Below, piece after piece: positions 60,312-64,000 of a stretch of 64,000 bases of DNA. The translations under genes were made by a program, and so were the position numbers. The DNA is taken from NCBI GenBank assembly GCA_026984215.1, contig JALSSO010000129.1, forward strand, positions 23,362 through 87,361. The letters run 5' to 3'. The notes beneath the pieces were generated by a model. It was not told the origin of the DNA. It searched no databases and saw only the letters and a program-made list of their open reading frames with translations. Each line of letters opens with the position of its first letter. Position 1 is the first letter of the stretch. This DNA comes from Gammaproteobacteria bacterium (GTDB taxonomy: Bacteria; Pseudomonadota; Gammaproteobacteria; JAJDOJ01).

Positions 60312-60646
60312 AAGTCGCCTATATTTTCAGCACCCAGGGACATACCGTCTCCTACAAACTCGGCAAGATGATCCTGCCCCAGCTCGAGGCCGGCAGCCAC
60401 GGCGTGGAGGTGGTGGGCATGTTCTTCTTCGAGGACAACAACTATGTCCTGGTCAAGGGCGATCCCATCGGCGAGCGTCTGGCCGCCGTGGCCCGCGAAC
60501 AGGGCATTCTGTTGATGGGCTGTGATCAGTGCTGCTACGAACGAGAGATCCACGACAAGCTGGTGGACGGGGCGGTGATCGGCTGTTTCCCCAACCTCTA
60601 CGCGGCGCTCGCCGAGAACCCGGCCGACCAGGTCATCACGCTGTAG
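60308..60646 (+). CDS. DsrE/DsrF/YchN-like family protein
   Basis: Perfect AGGAGG Shine-Dalgarno. ATGA overlap with the VOC gene. 112 aa with Rossmann-like MKVAYIFST...VVGMFFFEDN and the conserved Cys region LMGCDQCCYEREI...LVDGAVIG...QVITL resembling YchN/DsrE. Confidence 0.6.
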   Translation: MKVAYIFSTQGHTVSYKLGKMILPQLEAGSHGVEVVGMFFFEDNNYVLVKGDPIGERLAAVAREQGILLMGCDQCCYEREIHDKLVDGAVIGCFPNLYAALAENPADQVITL

Positions 60647-60673
60647 CGGCGCCACAAGGCGGCGAGGCGCTTT

Positions 60674-61213
60674 TCAGGACCTGGGCCAGATCCGCCAGAG
60701 GATGAGCAGGATGCCGGCGAACTGGCTCACCCAGAACAGGAAGCTCCAGCGTAGCCAGCTTGCGTGTCGGTCGGCCAGGTCCACGCGCACACGTTCGATG
60801 TCGACCTTGAGGTCGGATCGCACTTGCTCGATCTCGACTTTGAACTCGGCGCGGACTTGTTCGATTTCCTTGGTGAGCTCGGCGCGGACCTGTTCGATTT
60901 CCTTGGTGAGGTCGGCGCGGATCCGCTCGATTTCCCTGACGAGCTTGAGTTCGGTTTCTTTGATCTCACCCCGAACCTGCTCGATCTCCTTGACGAGCTT
61001 GAGTTCGGTTTCCTTGATCTCCCCCCGAACCTGCTCGATCTCCTTGACCAGGCGGAGTTCGGTCTCGGAGAGGTCGCGCCGGGTGGCTGTGTCGGCGAGA
61101 TTGGGAAAGCGCTCCTCCAGCGCCTCGAAGGCCTCGGCAAGGATGCGCGCGCGCGCCTTGTCGTCGGTGGCGCTCAGTAGCTTGTCGTAGAGATCGAGTG
61201 CGGAAGTGGCCAT
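60674..61213 (-). CDS. DUF1640-like coiled-coil protein with C-terminal TM anchor and expanded tandem repeats
   Basis: TATRRDLSETELRLVKEIEQVRGEIKETELKLV... iterated, then TM WLRWSFLFWVSQFAGILLILW. Trimmed from a 243-aa ORF to MATSALDLYD. Confidence 0.65.
   Translation of the reverse strand: MATSALDLYDKLLSATDDKARARILAEAFEALEERFPNLADTATRRDLSETELRLVKEIEQVRGEIKETELKLVKEIEQVRGEIKETELKLVREIERIRADLTKEIEQVRAELTKEIEQVRAEFKVEIEQVRSDLKVDIERVRVDLADRHASWLRWSFLFWVSQFAGILLILWRIWPRS
60842..61048. repeat. In-frame tandem DNA repeats inside the DUF1640 gene (3 x 33 bp, then 2 x 54 bp)
   Basis: GA(A/G)CTCGGCGCGGAC(T/C)TGTTCGATTTCCTTGGT x3 (60842-60940), and GAGCTTGAGTTCGGTTTC(T/C)TTGATCTC(A/C)CCCCGAACCTGCTCGATCTCCTTGAC x2 (60941-61048). 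They encode 11-aa and 18-aa protein repeats. Confidence 0.8.
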
Positions 61214-61322
61214 CCCCGGAATCCTATCACGAGCGAAGGATGCGTTGAGGGTTACAAGGCCCGCCGCCTCCCTCGGGCAAACCGTATAATCGCTCGTTTC
61301 CACAGCGACCGCGAGCCGTTTT

Positions 61323-64000
<2,678 letters not shown>

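Overview
High-GC, gene-dense (about 60 CDS, 5 tRNAs) chromosomal window from a gammaproteobacterium. Gene order is strikingly Pseudomonas/Chromatiales-like: leuC-leuD-leuB-asd-fimV-truA-trpF-trpB-trpA-accD-folC ... dedD-cvpA-purF-(L,D-transpeptidase)-metZ, plus pcnB-folK-panBCD, ppc, queG divergent from nnr-tsaE-amidase, a dapE-dapD-dapC cluster, pqiA/A-pqiB-pqiC (MCE), cysM, and a 3'-truncated metH at the right edge. metH has no in-window stop, so it is absent from the ORF track and was found by manual translation. Nearly all of the window is conserved housekeeping metabolism. No prophage, integrase, IS element, CRISPR array or recognisable defence island was found. The less ordinary content is: (i) a 784-aa strongly acidic protein built from about 20 degenerate 34-residue TPR-like repeats, next to a SHOCT lipoprotein; (ii) a phosphoribosyltransferase + dienelactone-hydrolase gene pair inserted between folC and dedD; (iii) a small secreted Gly/Trp/Tyr/Pro-rich repeat protein that may be structural (sulfur-globule-protein-like); (iv) a Rieske ferredoxin - IMPase - DUF3096 - patatin cluster; (v) a cysM - PolB-like exonuclease - TauE sulfite-exporter operon; (vi) two copies of a ~110-135 bp hairpin-forming REP/MITE-like element between convergent genes; (vii) a DUF1640 coiled-coil membrane protein encoded by in-frame tandem DNA repeats; (viii) a VOC + DsrE/YchN-like operon. 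These are candidates for follow-up, not demonstrated systems.
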